Shown here in pieces: positions 31,240-32,000 of a DNA stretch of 32,000 nucleotides (position 1 is its first letter; every line of letters starts with the position of its first letter). The notes below the pieces were generated by a model that was not told where the DNA came from, searched no databases, and saw nothing but the letters and a program-made list of their open reading frames with translations. Position numbers and translations under genes: made by a program. The DNA comes from Candidatus Nanohalobium constans (GTDB taxonomy: Archaea; Nanohalarchaeota; Nanosalinia; Nanosalinales; Nanosalinaceae): the NCBI RefSeq assembly GCF_009617975.1, contig NZ_CP040089.1, positions 930,001 through 962,000 of the forward strand, read 5' to 3'.

Positions 31240-32000
31240 ATGCACATCTCAGTCGTAGGAACAGGCTATGTCGGTTTGCCGGCAGGAACAGGATTGGCAT
31301 CCAGAGGAAACCAAGTCACATGTATAGATATAGACGAAGAAAAAGTAGAGAAGATCAACAATGGAGACTGTCCAATCTACGAAGAAGATCTTCCAGAATT
31401 ACTTGAAGAGATGGTTTCTCAAGGAAAACTTTCTGCTACTACAAACACTGCTGAAGCTGTAGCCGACTCAGATATTACTTTTCTGGCTGTCGGAACGCCG
31501 ATGAACAATGATGGAAGCATAAATCTAGAGTATATTAAACAGGCTGCTGAAGACGCAGCAGAAGGAATAAAGGAAAAAGACGGATACCACGTATTCGTCG
31601 TTAAATCTACTGTAGTTCCTACAACGACCGAAGAAGAAATAATCCCTATACTAGAAGTAGTTTCCGGCAAAAAAGCCGGTGAAGACTTCGGGGTATGCAT
31701 GAACCCGGAATTCCTGAGAGAAGGAACCGCACTAAACGACTTCCTAGAACCAGACAGAATAGTAATCGGCGAACTAGATGAGAAATCCGGAGACACACTG
31801 GAGAAAGTATACTCGGAATTTGATGCACCAATTATGAGAACTTCTCTGAAGGCGGCCGAACTGATTAAATATGCTTCCAACTCTCTGCTAGCAACTAAAA
31901 TTTCATTTATCAACGAGATCGGCAACCTGTGTAAAGAACTTGGTATAGATGTCTACGAAGTAGCAGACGGAGTTGGAATGGATCACAGAGTCAAAAGAGA
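31240..32000 (+). CDS. aglM: UDP-glucose/GDP-mannose 6-dehydrogenase family (AglM-like), 3'-truncated by the window edge
   Basis: MHISVVGTGYVGLPAGTGLA Rossmann start, FLAVGTP, VVKSTVVP, NPEFLREG and KYASNSLLATKISFINE. The frame is open to the window end. Track ORF 31419..31925(-) is its antisense shadow. Confidence 0.9.
   Translation, partial: MHISVVGTGYVGLPAGTGLASRGNQVTCIDIDEEKVEKINNGDCPIYEEDLPELLEEMVSQGKLSATTNTAEAVADSDITFLAVGTPMNNDGSINLEYIKQAAEDAAEGIKEKDGYHVFVVKSTVVPTTTEEEIIPILEVVSGKKAGEDFGVCMNPEFLREGTALNDFLEPDRIVIGELDEKSGDTLEKVYSEFDAPIMRTSLKAAELIKYASNSLLATKISFINEIGNLCKELGIDVYEVADGVGMDHRVKR

Noticed and set aside
31419-31925. 168-aa minus-strand ORF
   Set aside because: It is antisense to the clearly recognisable UDP-glucose 6-dehydrogenase gene and is a Ser-rich low-complexity sequence.
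1-32000. Search for CRISPR arrays, rRNA genes, IS elements/transposases, integrases and long direct repeats
   Set aside because: None were recognised by eye. The only repeat noted is the 36-nt CysD-like/RHH tail duplication.

Overview
Densely packed archaeal chromosomal segment of about 42 genes. It is roughly 43% GC by eye and the predicted proteins are strongly acidic. Archaeal markers are present: aMBF1, NAC, AglB/STT3, SecF-SecD, a SAMP-type ubiquitin-like protein and a DUF1931-like histone-fold protein. This fits a low-GC halophilic archaeon, possibly a nanohaloarchaeon/DPANN; the taxon cannot be verified from the sequence alone. Many genes look leaderless (TATA-like box 25-32 nt upstream of the start codon) or translationally coupled (ATGA/TTGA/GTGA overlaps). 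The main theme is protein N-glycosylation and nucleotide-sugar metabolism. That set comprises two tandem nucleotidyltransferase-LbH paralogs, a HAD hydrolase, a phosphohexomutase, a ROK kinase, AglH-like GlcNAc-1-P transferase coupled to AglB, two SDR sugar epimerases, a formyltransferase, a Wzx-type flippase, an AglF-like uridylyltransferase and an AglM-like UDP-glucose 6-dehydrogenase. Housekeeping genes include SecF/SecD, NAC, MBF1, Ogg, tRNA-Ser(GCU), a TctA/DUF112 membrane protein and an AI-2E transporter. A small accessory island sits inside the glycosylation cluster at 25.4-28.9 kb. It holds two divergent VapBC pairs, a free-standing LAGLIDADG endonuclease fused to HTH/Myb-like domains, and an RHH repressor plus orphan CysD-like PP-loop ATPase operon. 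The best candidate for a new system is that RHH/CysD-like pair: the repressor carries a copy of the enzyme's conserved C-terminal peptide, and a perfect palindromic operator lies at its promoter. The most unusual sequence-level signal is a mosaic of two sharply different synonymous-codon regimes (A/C-ending versus G/T-ending), with switch points inside intact genes (flippase, TctA-like, CysD-like, AglB). The tandem nucleotidyltransferase paralogs also show complementary loss of catalytic motifs. No CRISPR array, rRNA, integrase or transposase was seen.
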